64,000 bases of DNA, taken from contig JBFXLE010000004.1 in NCBI GenBank assembly GCA_050173015.1, forward strand, positions 1-64,000. Reading direction: 5' to 3'. Origin of the DNA: Calditrichaceae bacterium. Its GTDB lineage: Bacteria > Calditrichota > Calditrichia > Calditrichales > JBFXGD01. Numbering within the stretch: the first letter of the stretch is position 1; each line of letters starts with the position of its first letter. Below are positions 1 through 9,575 of the stretch, piece by piece. The notes under the pieces were generated by a model. It saw only the letters and a list, made by a program, of their open reading frames with translations. It was not told the DNA's origin and ran no database searches. Made by a program: the position numbers and the translations under genes.

Positions 1-371
1 ATTTGATTTGTACTTTTATCCATAGCTGTTTCTCTAATTTAGTTTTTGTTTTTTTGTTTCGCTAAAACAATATAAAACAATTACTTGTTAGAGAAAACAG
101 CTTTTTTTATGAATTATTCAGGTTAGACAATAAATCTCAGGAGATAAAAACTAATATTGTCAATGAGGATAATATTACTGGTTTACATGATCTTATTAAG
201 AAAGAAATTAATATTGAAACTATTAATCTTCTCCCCCCTTATTTTCAAGAAATAAGAAACAACTTATCCAATGCGATTAGAAATTTTTCCATTATAACCT
301 TTAATAATATTGGGGACACAGAAGTTGCAATAAAAACCCTACGATATGCGCTTGATATTAAAATTGATGGA

Positions 372-1595
372 ATGACAAAAGATAATATTGAAAAGGACCT
401 TTTACAGATCGAGAATATTATTAATGAGCGAAAAGAAACAGAAAAATATGAACCTATTTTAAAGAAATTTGCTCGCATCATTATACATTCAAAAAAACTG
501 ATAGAGCAAATGGACAACAAGAATACAAATCCTAAAACAGTTTTAGAAGAAATTCAACAAAGTGTAAGCATAATTGAATTGAATTCTTTACCTAATGTTT
601 TTGATGAAGTTAAAATTCAATTTGCATATACTCTTCGAAATCTTTCTGTGGCTATTTGGAACGCTTATAACGATGAAGAATCAGCGATTACATTAATTAT
701 TCTTGCTCTTGAAATAGATACTCCCAATGAAATAATTGAAAAATTAGATGAAGAGTACAATCATTTATTAAGTTTCCGTGAAGAAAAGAAGAAACTAGGT
801 AAGCCAATTGATTCAACCCCATCTTTATATCTCATAAATGGATGTGGAACGGTTCTATATGGTATGACACAATATTTTGTAATACTCGGAATACCTATAA
901 TTCCTATCGCCAGATATTCTTACGAAAAAATTTCTTCGTCAGAGTACAGGTTTTTTGGAAAATTAGAATTAAATAAATTTCAAAAATTTTGGAAATATGG
1001 CCTATTAGGTGGAGTTTTGATTTGGTTAGTAATTTTACTTTCACAAGCAAACACCAGTACTAAATATTATTCAAAAACTAGCAATAATTCCTTAACAAAA
1101 AAAACAGGGTCAATACAAAATACTAATAATGCTAATAGTAAATATAGGGGGCATCAATTAAAAAATGGTGATTCTCCTTTTAATAATTATTTTGGCAAGG
1201 GAATCTATAATAAAAATAATGAAAATTGGATACAAGTTGAAACAGACCAATATGATGTTGTTGTTTGTTTGGTTGATTACTCTTCAGAAAGAACAATTAG
1301 GAATGAATATATAAGAGCAAGATCAACATTTCAAATGACAAATATTCCTAATGGTACATATTATATTAAGGGATTTTTTGGTAAAGATTGGAATCCTACA
1401 AAATATATAAATTTAGGTAAAATTAAGGGTGGTTTTGATACAGACGTTCATTTTAGCAAAACTTCTGGAAGTAATAGTATTTTCACTCTACAAGATGATG
1501 GATATCAATATAGTACCATAAAGATTATATTATATAGTGTCATAGATGGTAACACACAGCAAACAAATATTAATGAAGATGAATTTTTTAAATAG
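372..1595 (+). CDS. Membrane-anchored protein with N-terminal helical repeats and a C-terminal extracytoplasmic beta domain; 5' end probably truncated (frame is open back to nt 66)
   Basis: Hydrophobic segments QYFVILGIPIIP and GLLGGVLIWLVILLS. The open frame 66-371 encodes a second copy of the repeat (LLPPYFQEIRNNLSNAIRNFS vs SLPNVFDEVKIQFAYTLRNLS). First gene of a tight operon with Hsp70. Confidence 0.7.
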   Translation: MTKDNIEKDLLQIENIINERKETEKYEPILKKFARIIIHSKKLIEQMDNKNTNPKTVLEEIQQSVSIIELNSLPNVFDEVKIQFAYTLRNLSVAIWNAYNDEESAITLIILALEIDTPNEIIEKLDEEYNHLLSFREEKKKLGKPIDSTPSLYLINGCGTVLYGMTQYFVILGIPIIPIARYSYEKISSSEYRFFGKLELNKFQKFWKYGLLGGVLIWLVILLSQANTSTKYYSKTSNNSLTKKTGSIQNTNNANSKYRGHQLKNGDSPFNNYFGKGIYNKNNENWIQVETDQYDVVVCLVDYSSERTIRNEYIRARSTFQMTNIPNGTYYIKGFFGKDWNPTKYINLGKIKGGFDTDVHFSKTSGSNSIFTLQDDGYQYSTIKIILYSVIDGNTQQTNINEDEFFK

Positions 1596-1606
1596 GTGAT
1601 CTTATA

Positions 1607-1993
1607 ATGATCAAACAATTACAAATCCCAATAGAATTTAAATATTTTTGTTTTATTATAAACCAACTATTTGAAATCGAAAAAAAAACTAACAAATTAA
1701 TTGAAGAAAATTCTATTGGAAGAAATATCCAAAAATTACGAGAATATTTTGAAAATAATATTTTTAGTGATGAATTAGGTTTATCGTACCATTCACCATT
1801 AGGTGAAAGCTTTAATGAAACACGTACTGATTGTGAAGCGAGTATTGCGGGTAGTAGTACCGAAAATTTATTAATCACCGAAGTCATAAAACCCGTTATA
1901 AGAGTTCATCAAGGGGATAGAACATTTATAATACAAAAGGCTGTTGTTATCGTTGAATCTCAAAAAGCGACGAAAGGCAAAAAAAATGGATAA
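1607..1993 (+). CDS. Divergent GrpE-like (nucleotide exchange factor-like) protein
   Basis: N-terminal helix plus PLGESFNE...EVIKPVIR...IIQKAVVIV, resembling the GrpE beta domain; overlaps the Hsp70 start. Confidence 0.55.
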   Translation: MIKQLQIPIEFKYFCFIINQLFEIEKKTNKLIEENSIGRNIQKLREYFENNIFSDELGLSYHSPLGESFNETRTDCEASIAGSSTENLLITEVIKPVIRVHQGDRTFIIQKAVVIVESQKATKGKKNG

Positions 1994-4469
1994 AATGATT
2001 AATTTTGGAATAGACTTAGGTACAACCAATTCTATAATTGCAAAATTTGATAAAGGCGAAGTGACTATTTTTAAAGACCCTATAAGTTGGAAAGAAACAC
2101 TTCCATCAGTTGTTTCCTTTAGAAAAGATAAAATAAATATTGGACAAAAAGCTAAAGAATATCTAGAAAAATCACCAAAAAATGTTTTATCATTATTTAA
2201 AAGGAAAATGGGTACCAATGAATCATTTAAAATCCAATCTATTAATAATTCTGTTACACCAATAGAATTATCTGCTTATGTATTAAAGGAATTAAAAAAC
2301 TTTATCCAAACAGGTGAAAAAATTGAATCTGTTGTAATCACCATTCCAGCTTCCTTTGATACTGTTCAATCTAATGCAACCAAAGAAGCTGGTTATAAAG
2401 CAGGGTTTCAACAAGTTGTTCTATTACAGGAACCAATAGCCGCAAGTCTTGCTTATGCAAATAAAACTAATATTGGAAAATTAAAAGATGGCCAGTGGAT
2501 TGTTTATGATTTAGGTGGAGGTACGTTTGATGTTGCATTAATAAAAATAAATGATGGTGAAATGAAAATTATGGATCATGAAGGAGATAATTTTTTAGGT
2601 GGTAGTGATTTTGATAATATTATCGTCGAGAAATTAATTATTCCAATATTAGAAAAAGATTTTGGTTTCGAAAATCTGGAAAAGGAAATGAAAAGTAATT
2701 CTGGGAAATTCAATTCATTGTATTATATAGCGCGGAATAAAGCTGAACAGGCGAAGATACAACTCTCAGCTAAATCTTCTGCGGAAATTGAGTTTGACCT
2801 TACTGATGATGATGGTGTATTACATGAAGTAAATATTGCAATTACAAGATCAGAATTTGATAATGTAATAAAAAAATATATAGATTTAACAGTAGAAATG
2901 ATAAAGAAAATTATGGCACGAAATAAATTTACTAACAATGATATAGATTTTATACTTATGGTTGGTGGCTCAACTTATATACCCTATGTTAGAAACAGGG
3001 TAAGTGAAACATTACAAATACCTATAAACTGTGAGATTGATCCTACTAATGCCGTTGGAATTGGTGCTGCTTTTTATGCAGGTACAAAGCAGAAAAAACT
3101 GCTTGAAAGTAAAAAACCAACTCAACATCAAACTAATCTATCGATCAAAATGGCATATCAAAAAGCCACTAATGAAACAGAAGAATTTTTTGCTGCTAAA
3201 ATAGATGGAAATACCGAAGGTTTATTTTATCGTATATTTCGTGAAGACAGTGGTTTTGATACAGGTATAAAACCTTTATCTTCAAAAATTACTGAAGATT
3301 TACCGTTAGTTATAGAAAGTTATAATTTCTTTAAATTAACACTTTATGATGCACACAATAATCCATTAAATATTGATTTAGATCCTATAGAAATCGCTCA
3401 AGGAAAATATAGTGTTGCAGGACAGCCATTACCAAATGATATATGCTTAGAAGTTGATGATTATGAAGGTAAATCTACAAGATTAGAACTCATTTTTAAA
3501 AAGAATTCCATTCTTCCTTTATCGCATACAATATCAAAAGAAATAAATAAAATGATTGTTAAAAGTTCTGAAGATTTTCTAAGGATTAATATTTTGGAAG
3601 GTCCACATTATGCGCTACCTGAAGCAAATAAAAGTATTGGCTTTCTCGAGATTAATGGCAAGCAAATTAGCCGCGATATTGCAAAAGGTTCAAATATAGA
3701 AATGAAATTTGAAATTTCAGAATCACGCGATTTATCTGTTTCTGCATACTTAACTATGACAGATCAGGAATTTAAAAACCTTTTTAATGAAAATGTTAGA
3801 AGCGTGCCAGTAAATATATTATCAGAACAAATCATGAATTTATCGAAAAGGATTGAAGAAGAGATAAATATCGCAAAAGATTTAGAAAATTATGAATCTG
3901 TAAAAGAATTAAATAAGATTAAAACTAATATTGATGAATTAACTGGTGAATCTTTGGTGTTAGAAATAGATGATATAACAGATTCACGCTATCAAATAGA
4001 AGATAAAAAGTGTAAGATTGCTCAAGAAATTTATTTAGCAACTCAAGATAAAGAAGTTGAAATTGCAAAGAGCACTTACTTTGAGATGAAACAAAAATGT
4101 GATGATACAATTATTGAAAATGGTAATGATATTGAAAGAAAACATTTTAATGATATAATAAAACAGGAACCAATATTTCTAAATTCAAAAAGTGCTCTTA
4201 AAATTCGTGAAAAAACAGATAAATTAGATGAGATAACTTGGATAATAAATTGGCGTACACCTGCATTTTTAATAGGTGCATTTAAGTGGCTTATTGGTGA
4301 ACGACAAAGGTTAAATAATCAAGAACAAGCAAAAAGTTTAATTGAAGCTGGCAAATTTGCAATTGAGAGTGAAAATTTTGATAGACTTTATGAAGTTGTT
4401 CATAATTTAATGAACTCGTTACCAACCACATCTCTGGATGAAATGAAATTAAAGATTGGTTTTTATTAG
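1986..4469 (+). CDS. Hsp70-family protein (non-canonical DnaK paralogue with extended C-terminus)
   Basis: GIDLGTTNS, TIPASF, EPIAASLAY, YDLGGGTFDVA, LGGSDFD and LMVGGSTYIP motifs; ~827 aa from ATG 1986. Confidence 0.92.
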   Translation: MDKMINFGIDLGTTNSIIAKFDKGEVTIFKDPISWKETLPSVVSFRKDKINIGQKAKEYLEKSPKNVLSLFKRKMGTNESFKIQSINNSVTPIELSAYVLKELKNFIQTGEKIESVVITIPASFDTVQSNATKEAGYKAGFQQVVLLQEPIAASLAYANKTNIGKLKDGQWIVYDLGGGTFDVALIKINDGEMKIMDHEGDNFLGGSDFDNIIVEKLIIPILEKDFGFENLEKEMKSNSGKFNSLYYIARNKAEQAKIQLSAKSSAEIEFDLTDDDGVLHEVNIAITRSEFDNVIKKYIDLTVEMIKKIMARNKFTNNDIDFILMVGGSTYIPYVRNRVSETLQIPINCEIDPTNAVGIGAAFYAGTKQKKLLESKKPTQHQTNLSIKMAYQKATNETEEFFAAKIDGNTEGLFYRIFREDSGFDTGIKPLSSKITEDLPLVIESYNFFKLTLYDAHNNPLNIDLDPIEIAQGKYSVAGQPLPNDICLEVDDYEGKSTRLELIFKKNSILPLSHTISKEINKMIVKSSEDFLRINILEGPHYALPEANKSIGFLEINGKQISRDIAKGSNIEMKFEISESRDLSVSAYLTMTDQEFKNLFNENVRSVPVNILSEQIMNLSKRIEEEINIAKDLENYESVKELNKIKTNIDELTGESLVLEIDDITDSRYQIEDKKCKIAQEIYLATQDKEVEIAKSTYFEMKQKCDDTIIENGNDIERKHFNDIIKQEPIFLNSKSALKIREKTDKLDEITWIINWRTPAFLIGAFKWLIGERQRLNNQEQAKSLIEAGKFAIESENFDRLYEVVHNLMNSLPTTSLDEMKLKIGFY

Positions 4470-4497
4470 GAGACAGTTCCCTCAAAGGATATTAAAA

Positions 4498-4968
4498 ATG
4501 ATTGGTACTTCTTTTGAAATACTACTTTTTAGATCTGCTTTTGCAGTAATGGCATGTGATGGTGAAATTCATGAAGATGAAATTTCTATTTTTCGAAGTA
4601 TTTCAAATTCTAATCCATATTTCGCTGACCTTAATTTTGAGAAAGAATTAGATATCGCATTAAATGCTATCAAATCTCAAGGTATCCACTATATAAACCA
4701 AATTCTAGAATCCTTAAAATCATTGGTTCTAAAAGAAAAACAAAAACTTTTGTTAATAGAAGTTATTTTAAAAATAATGGATGCAGATAAAAAGGTTGAT
4801 GAGAATGAACTAAAGTTTTTAAAAACTATTACAAACATTTTAGATATCAGTGAAGAAATACTTATTATGAAATTTCCAACTCATATAAATGCCTTTTTAA
4901 ACATGTCTGATTTTTCTGCAAACCTTAGCTTTAAGGTTATAGAAAATAATATTGATAATCCCAACTAA
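4498..4968 (+). CDS. TerB-family (tellurite resistance B-like) protein
   Basis: AVMACDGEIHEDE and IMDADKKVDENE metal-binding motifs. Confidence 0.85.
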   Translation: MIGTSFEILLFRSAFAVMACDGEIHEDEISIFRSISNSNPYFADLNFEKELDIALNAIKSQGIHYINQILESLKSLVLKEKQKLLLIEVILKIMDADKKVDENELKFLKTITNILDISEEILIMKFPTHINAFLNMSDFSANLSFKVIENNIDNPN

Positions 4969-4981
4969 AGTTTTTTTGAGC

Positions 4982-5078
4982 AACTAACAACAGCATTAAG
5001 TAGGAATTTAACCGTCGGAGCATGATTCAGGGTTTGAAGTTATTACACAGTTAAATCCTCTTATGCTCAACGTTAGCA
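4982..5078 (+). other. Integron attC site
   Basis: AACTAAC ... GTTAGCA with imperfect inner palindrome (AGCATTAAG/CTTATGCT, AGGAATTTAA/TTAAATCCT) and extrahelical bases. Confidence 0.9.
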
Positions 5079-5104
5079 TTCAATAATAATAAAGGATATC
5101 TACA

Positions 5105-5599
5105 ATGAGATTCGAAAGTATGAAGGATATCAAAGCAGAAGGATTTACTGGATTTGAAAAAATTGGCGCTCTGATGTCAAATGAATGTGTCAATGTTCCA
5201 AATGTTAAAGGTATTTACTTAGTATTAATAAATGAAAAACCAAATTTTTTAGAAAAAAATACTGGCGGTCATTTCAAGAGGAAAAATCCAACAGTTCCCA
5301 TTTCAATATTGGAGTCAAACTGGGTAGATAATGCAATTGTAATTTATATTGGAAAAGCCGGTGGTGGCACTTCAAAAGCAACTTTAAAATCCCGCCTAAA
5401 ACAATATATGAAATTTGGCAGTGGACAACCGGTTGGTCATTGGGGTGGTAGATTGATTTGGCAGTTATCAGATAATAAAGAATTTACCATTTGTTGGAAA
5501 GCAACTCCGAACGACAATCCGAGAGAATTAGAAAAAGATTTAATTGCTGAATTTGAAAACAATTATTCGAAAAAACCTTTTGCGAATTTGCAAGGATAG
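5105..5599 (+). CDS. GIY-YIG-like nuclease
   Basis: KGIYLV...VIYIGKAG...LKSRLKQY...ELEKDLI...PFAN. Confidence 0.75.
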   Translation: MRFESMKDIKAEGFTGFEKIGALMSNECVNVPNVKGIYLVLINEKPNFLEKNTGGHFKRKNPTVPISILESNWVDNAIVIYIGKAGGGTSKATLKSRLKQYMKFGSGQPVGHWGGRLIWQLSDNKEFTICWKATPNDNPRELEKDLIAEFENNYSKKPFANLQG

Positions 5600-5604
5600 A
5601 CTTC

Positions 5605-6312
5605 ATGTCACCTGAACAATATGAAATTCACGTAGCAGATTATTTTAAAAAAAACGGTTATCAAGTTGAACTAACTAGTTTCACAAATGACTATGGTGTT
5701 GATGTTTTTGCTATAAAAGATTCGATTAAATATGCGATTCAAGCGAAAATGTTCGGAAATACTTCAAGAAAAATAAATAGAAAAATGGTTATGGAATTGC
5801 ATGGTGCTAAAGATTATTTTGACTGCAACCATGCAATTATTGTTACTGATGGTGAAATACTCCAAGATGCGAAACAAGTAGCGGATAAATTAAATATAGA
5901 GTTAATCTACTTATCTGCTAATTCGGTTATCAATGAAAACCACGAAACTGATTTGAACTTTGACTCAATATGGCAAAAATATATTATGCCGCTTCAGGGT
6001 AAAACTCTCTTTAGAGAAAATGGTGAGAAAAATGTAATTACAAAAGTTGATTGGGGTGGAATTGAACGAATTACATCTAATCAAAAATCACAAAACATAG
6101 ATATTGAAATTTTCAAACAGACTATTAACCATCTTCTAAGACAAGGCAGTATAACCAGAAAGAAAATAAACGAAGAATATTCAAAAAGGGCTTCATCAGG
6201 AATAGTATTGATTTTATCTCAAGTACCCTTTATTGAATTAGATTTAAATAGACCAATGAGTTTGAAGTTGTTAAAAAAATCTAAAATACTTACTGATACA
6301 TATTTATCGTAA
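5605..6312 (+). CDS. Mrr-like (type IV) PD-(D/E)xK restriction endonuclease with additional C-terminal domain
   Basis: EQYEIHVADYF...DYGVDVFA...AIQAK Mrr catalytic motifs. Confidence 0.85.
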   Translation: MSPEQYEIHVADYFKKNGYQVELTSFTNDYGVDVFAIKDSIKYAIQAKMFGNTSRKINRKMVMELHGAKDYFDCNHAIIVTDGEILQDAKQVADKLNIELIYLSANSVINENHETDLNFDSIWQKYIMPLQGKTLFRENGEKNVITKVDWGGIERITSNQKSQNIDIEIFKQTINHLLRQGSITRKKINEEYSKRASSGIVLILSQVPFIELDLNRPMSLKLLKKSKILTDTYLS

Positions 6313-6334
6313 GCAATCAACAATAAAATTTACT

Positions 6335-7084
6335 ATGGGTTTTGAAAAAACATTTGAACACATGATGGAACTCTGGATTACTCCGGAAATTGAAAAACGA
6401 CAAAAGGAAAATCTAATTGAAAAACCTTATAAACTTGATGCAGCTCAAGTAATATTTTTTCCTGATAGCAGAAAACCTTTGATACTTTTAAATAGAGAAA
6501 TAAAAGCAATTACAAAAGTCAAATTAAAGAAAGGAATTACAAAAGAAAAAGGTGATCCAATTTATGAAAACGAAATTGATGGGATTCATAGCATCAAAAT
6601 TCCAGCTGAAGTTGATCCTGATTCTGGGCATATTACCGCAATTAGGATTCAAGATAAATGGATACTTTCTTTTGATTTTATATATAATAAAGAGTTCTCT
6701 CAAAAACATATTATTAATGGAAATCAATTTTTAGAATTGGCTAAAATAGCATTATCTTCAAAATATTGGGGAGCCTTTATCGATAATTTATTCAGTGCCG
6801 CCGAACTTTATGTTAAAGCATTATTGCTTTTCCATCCAGATCCAAAATTGAGGAACAAAGATACCCACAAATTAATTCATAATCGATACAATAAATTTGC
6901 TAATTTAGGCAACGTCCCGATTGAGCAGAAGAATGTCTTTAATAAATTAACAAGCGCAAGAAGAGATGCAAGATATTTGAAATCTGAATTTCACATTACG
7001 GAAGAAGAAGCAAATTACTATTTAAACATTGTAGATGATATGAAAATAGAAGCAGAAAAACATCTTATTAATAAGGAATCATAG
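6335..7084 (+). CDS. HEPN domain-containing protein with uncharacterised N-terminal domain
   Basis: C-terminal LFSAAELYVKALL...THKLI...LTSARRDARY (HEPN Rx4Y-type motif). Confidence 0.7.
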   Translation: MGFEKTFEHMMELWITPEIEKRQKENLIEKPYKLDAAQVIFFPDSRKPLILLNREIKAITKVKLKKGITKEKGDPIYENEIDGIHSIKIPAEVDPDSGHITAIRIQDKWILSFDFIYNKEFSQKHIINGNQFLELAKIALSSKYWGAFIDNLFSAAELYVKALLLFHPDPKLRNKDTHKLIHNRYNKFANLGNVPIEQKNVFNKLTSARRDARYLKSEFHITEEEANYYLNIVDDMKIEAEKHLINKES

Positions 7085-7086
7085 AG

Positions 7087-7248
7087 ATGTCAAAATATGA
7101 CGAACAAGTAAAAGAAATTGAAGAATGTCCAGAATGTGGATTACCCGGTGAAATGCAACCACCACCAGAAGAAAAAGGGAAAAAATTAATTATTACCTTT
7201 ATTTGCCCAAATGGACATACATATCAAAAAATTATTGATCTAAAGTAA
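7087..7248 (+). CDS. Small Zn-ribbon protein (53 aa; below the ORF-track cut-off)
   Basis: MSKYDEQVKEIEECPECGLPGEMQPPPEEKGKKLIITFICPNGHTYQKIIDLK*; CxxC...CxxGH; starts 2 nt after the HEPN stop and its stop abuts the attC. Confidence 0.7.
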   Translation: MSKYDEQVKEIEECPECGLPGEMQPPPEEKGKKLIITFICPNGHTYQKIIDLK

Positions 7249-7249
7249 A

Positions 7250-7385
7250 TGCTAACCATGGCGTCAACTCAGACGGCAAAAAGCGCGGTAGTTCTTTCAA
7301 ATTTTGGAGTTTTAGTGAAAAATAATTTGGTAATTCATATAGCTCGCGGATATTTTTTGCCGCTGGTTACGCCTAGCCGTTAGGT
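7250..7385 (+). other. Integron attC site
   Basis: TGCTAAC ... GTTAGGT; inner arms GGCGTCAAC/GTTACGCC and CGGCAAAAA/TTTTTGCCG. Confidence 0.92.
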
Positions 7386-7430
7386 TTCGCAGTTATACCT
7401 GGACAATGGTCACGAATCGATAGGATAGAT

Positions 7431-8411
7431 ATGAAGGCTGTGGTTTATCGAAGATATGGCTCACCTGAAGTTCTAAAACTCGAGGAAGTCGAGAAACCGA
7501 CCCCCATGGACGATGAAGTGCTGATCCAAATTTGTGCCGTATCCATCAATGGATCAGATAGGGAGGGATTGATTGGCAGCCCGCTCTATGCCCGCATCGG
7601 TGGGCTTTTTAGGCCAGGTCGTCAGATACTCGGGTCAGACATTGCAGGGCGGGTCGAGTTCGCAGGAAAAGACCACGTCGATTTCCGACCCGGTGATGAA
7701 GTCTTTGGCGAAATCCCAGGCTATCATGGAGGGTTTGCGGAGTATGTGTGCTCGAAGGGAAGAACATTGACACATAAACCAGCCAGTTTTTCATTTGAAG
7801 AAGCTGCGGCCATCCCACAAGCAGGCGTGATTTCCCTGCGAGGCATACGCGATCAAGGGCGCGTTCAGGCGGGGCAAAGTGTCTTGATTAATGGTGCAGG
7901 CGGCAGTGCGGGTTCATTTGCTGTGCAGCTTGCCAAACTCGCCGGGGCCGAAGTTACGGGGGTGGATAACGGAGGCAAGTTGGAGTTTATTACCTCGCTG
8001 GGCGCCGACCACGTCATCGATTACACGCGGGAGGATTTCACCCAGAGTGGAATCCAATATGATTTGATTCTAGATCTGGTGGCTCATCATTCTGTCTTCA
8101 CCTCTAAGCGGGCACTGAAGCCGAATGGAACCTACCTTTTTGTTGGCGGATCCGTCAGTGTACTCTTTCAAATCTTGTTGTTTGGTTGGTGGATTAGAAG
8201 AAAAGCAGGCCGGAACATACGTATGCTGACCGTCCCTCAAAATCGAGAGGACCTGATTGCCATCACGGAACTTTGTGAAAACGGTGAAGTTGTGCCGATG
8301 ATCGATAGATTGTATTCGTTAAATGAGGTTCCAGAAGCAATGCGATACATCGGAGAAGGACGCGCAAAGGGAAAAGTAGTCATAACTCTCGAAGATCATC
8401 GCAAAACCTAA
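7431..8411 (+). CDS. NAD(P)-dependent medium-chain dehydrogenase/quinone oxidoreductase-like protein
   Basis: MKAVVYRRYGSPEVL, GSDIAG, VLINGAGGSAG, GKVVI; higher GC than its neighbours. Confidence 0.9.
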   Translation: MKAVVYRRYGSPEVLKLEEVEKPTPMDDEVLIQICAVSINGSDREGLIGSPLYARIGGLFRPGRQILGSDIAGRVEFAGKDHVDFRPGDEVFGEIPGYHGGFAEYVCSKGRTLTHKPASFSFEEAAAIPQAGVISLRGIRDQGRVQAGQSVLINGAGGSAGSFAVQLAKLAGAEVTGVDNGGKLEFITSLGADHVIDYTREDFTQSGIQYDLILDLVAHHSVFTSKRALKPNGTYLFVGGSVSVLFQILLFGWWIRRKAGRNIRMLTVPQNREDLIAITELCENGEVVPMIDRLYSLNEVPEAMRYIGEGRAKGKVVITLEDHRKT

Positions 8412-8514
8412 CATTCGCTACACCTGGAGAATCGCGGGACCCCAAAACCGGGCTGGATCGGGTTGATAATGTCGATAGAGCCAAAACGCCTGGCAGGTGA
8501 GCTTTTAGTTAGGC
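8406..8514 (+). other. Integron attC site
   Basis: ACCTAAC (contains the gene's stop) ... GTTAGGC; GCTACACCTG/CAGGTGAGC arms. Confidence 0.88.
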
Positions 8515-8545
8515 AGCATCAACTTTTATAAGTGAAGTGTCACAT

Positions 8546-9121
8546 ATGATTGATAAAATTTTAACAATTATAATTGATGAAAGTAAATGGTTAACTGCTT
8601 CAATGAGCCTGGCTTTTTTCATATCAGTTTATTTATTGTATTCATCCAGATTTACCAATCAACGATTAAAAACTCGAATTTTAGCTGCTATGAACATGTT
8701 CTTTGCTGTAACAATTGGGATGATGGCATTCGGTCATATTTTAGCAGTCTCAGCCAAGCTTATTGTTGGAACGCTTCTAGGATCTGTAGTTTTATTTTAT
8801 GTCATTGGAGTAGTTTTAGCCTTGCCATCTTGGTTTTTGGCCCATCACACATGGGACAGGTTTATGTCAAGAAAAGGCTTCAATCATAAATTGATAATTT
8901 TCAATACTTGGTTAGGAATCACCTTACTTGCTCTTGGCATTCACAACTTACCCCTTGCAATTCCAGCAATTCTTAACATTGGCTATTATTTTCATTCTCG
9001 TCGTATCACTGGATGGATAATTATTAGTCTTGCAATTATTGTCAATCTTGGCTTATATATTGGTTCACTAGTATTCTTGGCGAGTGGTCAAAGTTTTGAA
9101 CAATTCCAAGGCATACAATGA
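8546..9121 (+). CDS. Hypothetical integral membrane protein
   Basis: 5-6 hydrophobic helices; sole ORF of a cassette. Confidence 0.75.
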   Translation: MIDKILTIIIDESKWLTASMSLAFFISVYLLYSSRFTNQRLKTRILAAMNMFFAVTIGMMAFGHILAVSAKLIVGTLLGSVVLFYVIGVVLALPSWFLAHHTWDRFMSRKGFNHKLIIFNTWLGITLLALGIHNLPLAIPAILNIGYYFHSRRITGWIIISLAIIVNLGLYIGSLVFLASGQSFEQFQGIQ

Positions 9122-9146
9122 TAATGGCAAAGTTACTTAAATTGCT

Positions 9147-9254
9147 GCCTGACCCGTTACTGTAGGCGACGCCACACGCCGGAGCGTGCGCGTCGCGAAA
9201 TGAAATTGCACCCTGTTTCATTGCGGGGCGCGCCTAAGTAAAAGACCGTTATAC
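9147..9254 (+). other. Integron attC site (left core variant GCCTGAC)
   Basis: GCCTGAC ... GTTATAC; TACTGTAGGCG/CGCCTAAGTA arms. Confidence 0.8.
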
Positions 9255-9276
9255 CACAAATATATATATTTATATA

Positions 9277-9308
9277 TTGACAATGTGCATCTTATGGTGT
9301 AATGTACA
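9277..9308 (+). promoter_or_regulatory. Sigma70-type promoter of the TA cassette with TGTGCA/TGTACA palindromic operators
   Basis: TTGACA at 9277; -10-like TGTAAT/TAATGT at 9298-9305; start codon immediately downstream. Confidence 0.6.
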
Positions 9309-9311
9309 CAT

Positions 9312-9575
9312 ATGATTTATTGGGATTTTGAAAAGAATAATAAATTAATTACTGAAAGGAATATTTCATTTGATGAAATTTCTGAATTAATCTTAAAAGA
9401 AGAATATTTGGATATTTTAGAAAATCCGAACCGAAAGGATCAATTTTTATTTATTATTTGTTTAAAGGATTATATTTATGCTGTTCCATTTGTTATTGAT
9501 GAGCATGAAAACATCATATTAAAAACAGCATATCCGAGTAGAAAGTTTAATAAAATTTATGGTGATCAATTATGA
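9312..9575 (+). CDS. BrnT-like type II toxin
   Basis: WDFEKNNKLITERNISFDE...LKTAYPSRK; 4-nt overlap with the antitoxin. Confidence 0.8.
   Translation: MIYWDFEKNNKLITERNISFDEISELILKEEYLDILENPNRKDQFLFIICLKDYIYAVPFVIDEHENIILKTAYPSRKFNKIYGDQL

Noticed and set aside
1986-4469. Housekeeping dnaK
   Set aside because: Too long, divergent C-terminal half, no dnaJ/hrcA, accessory context; gene symbol withheld
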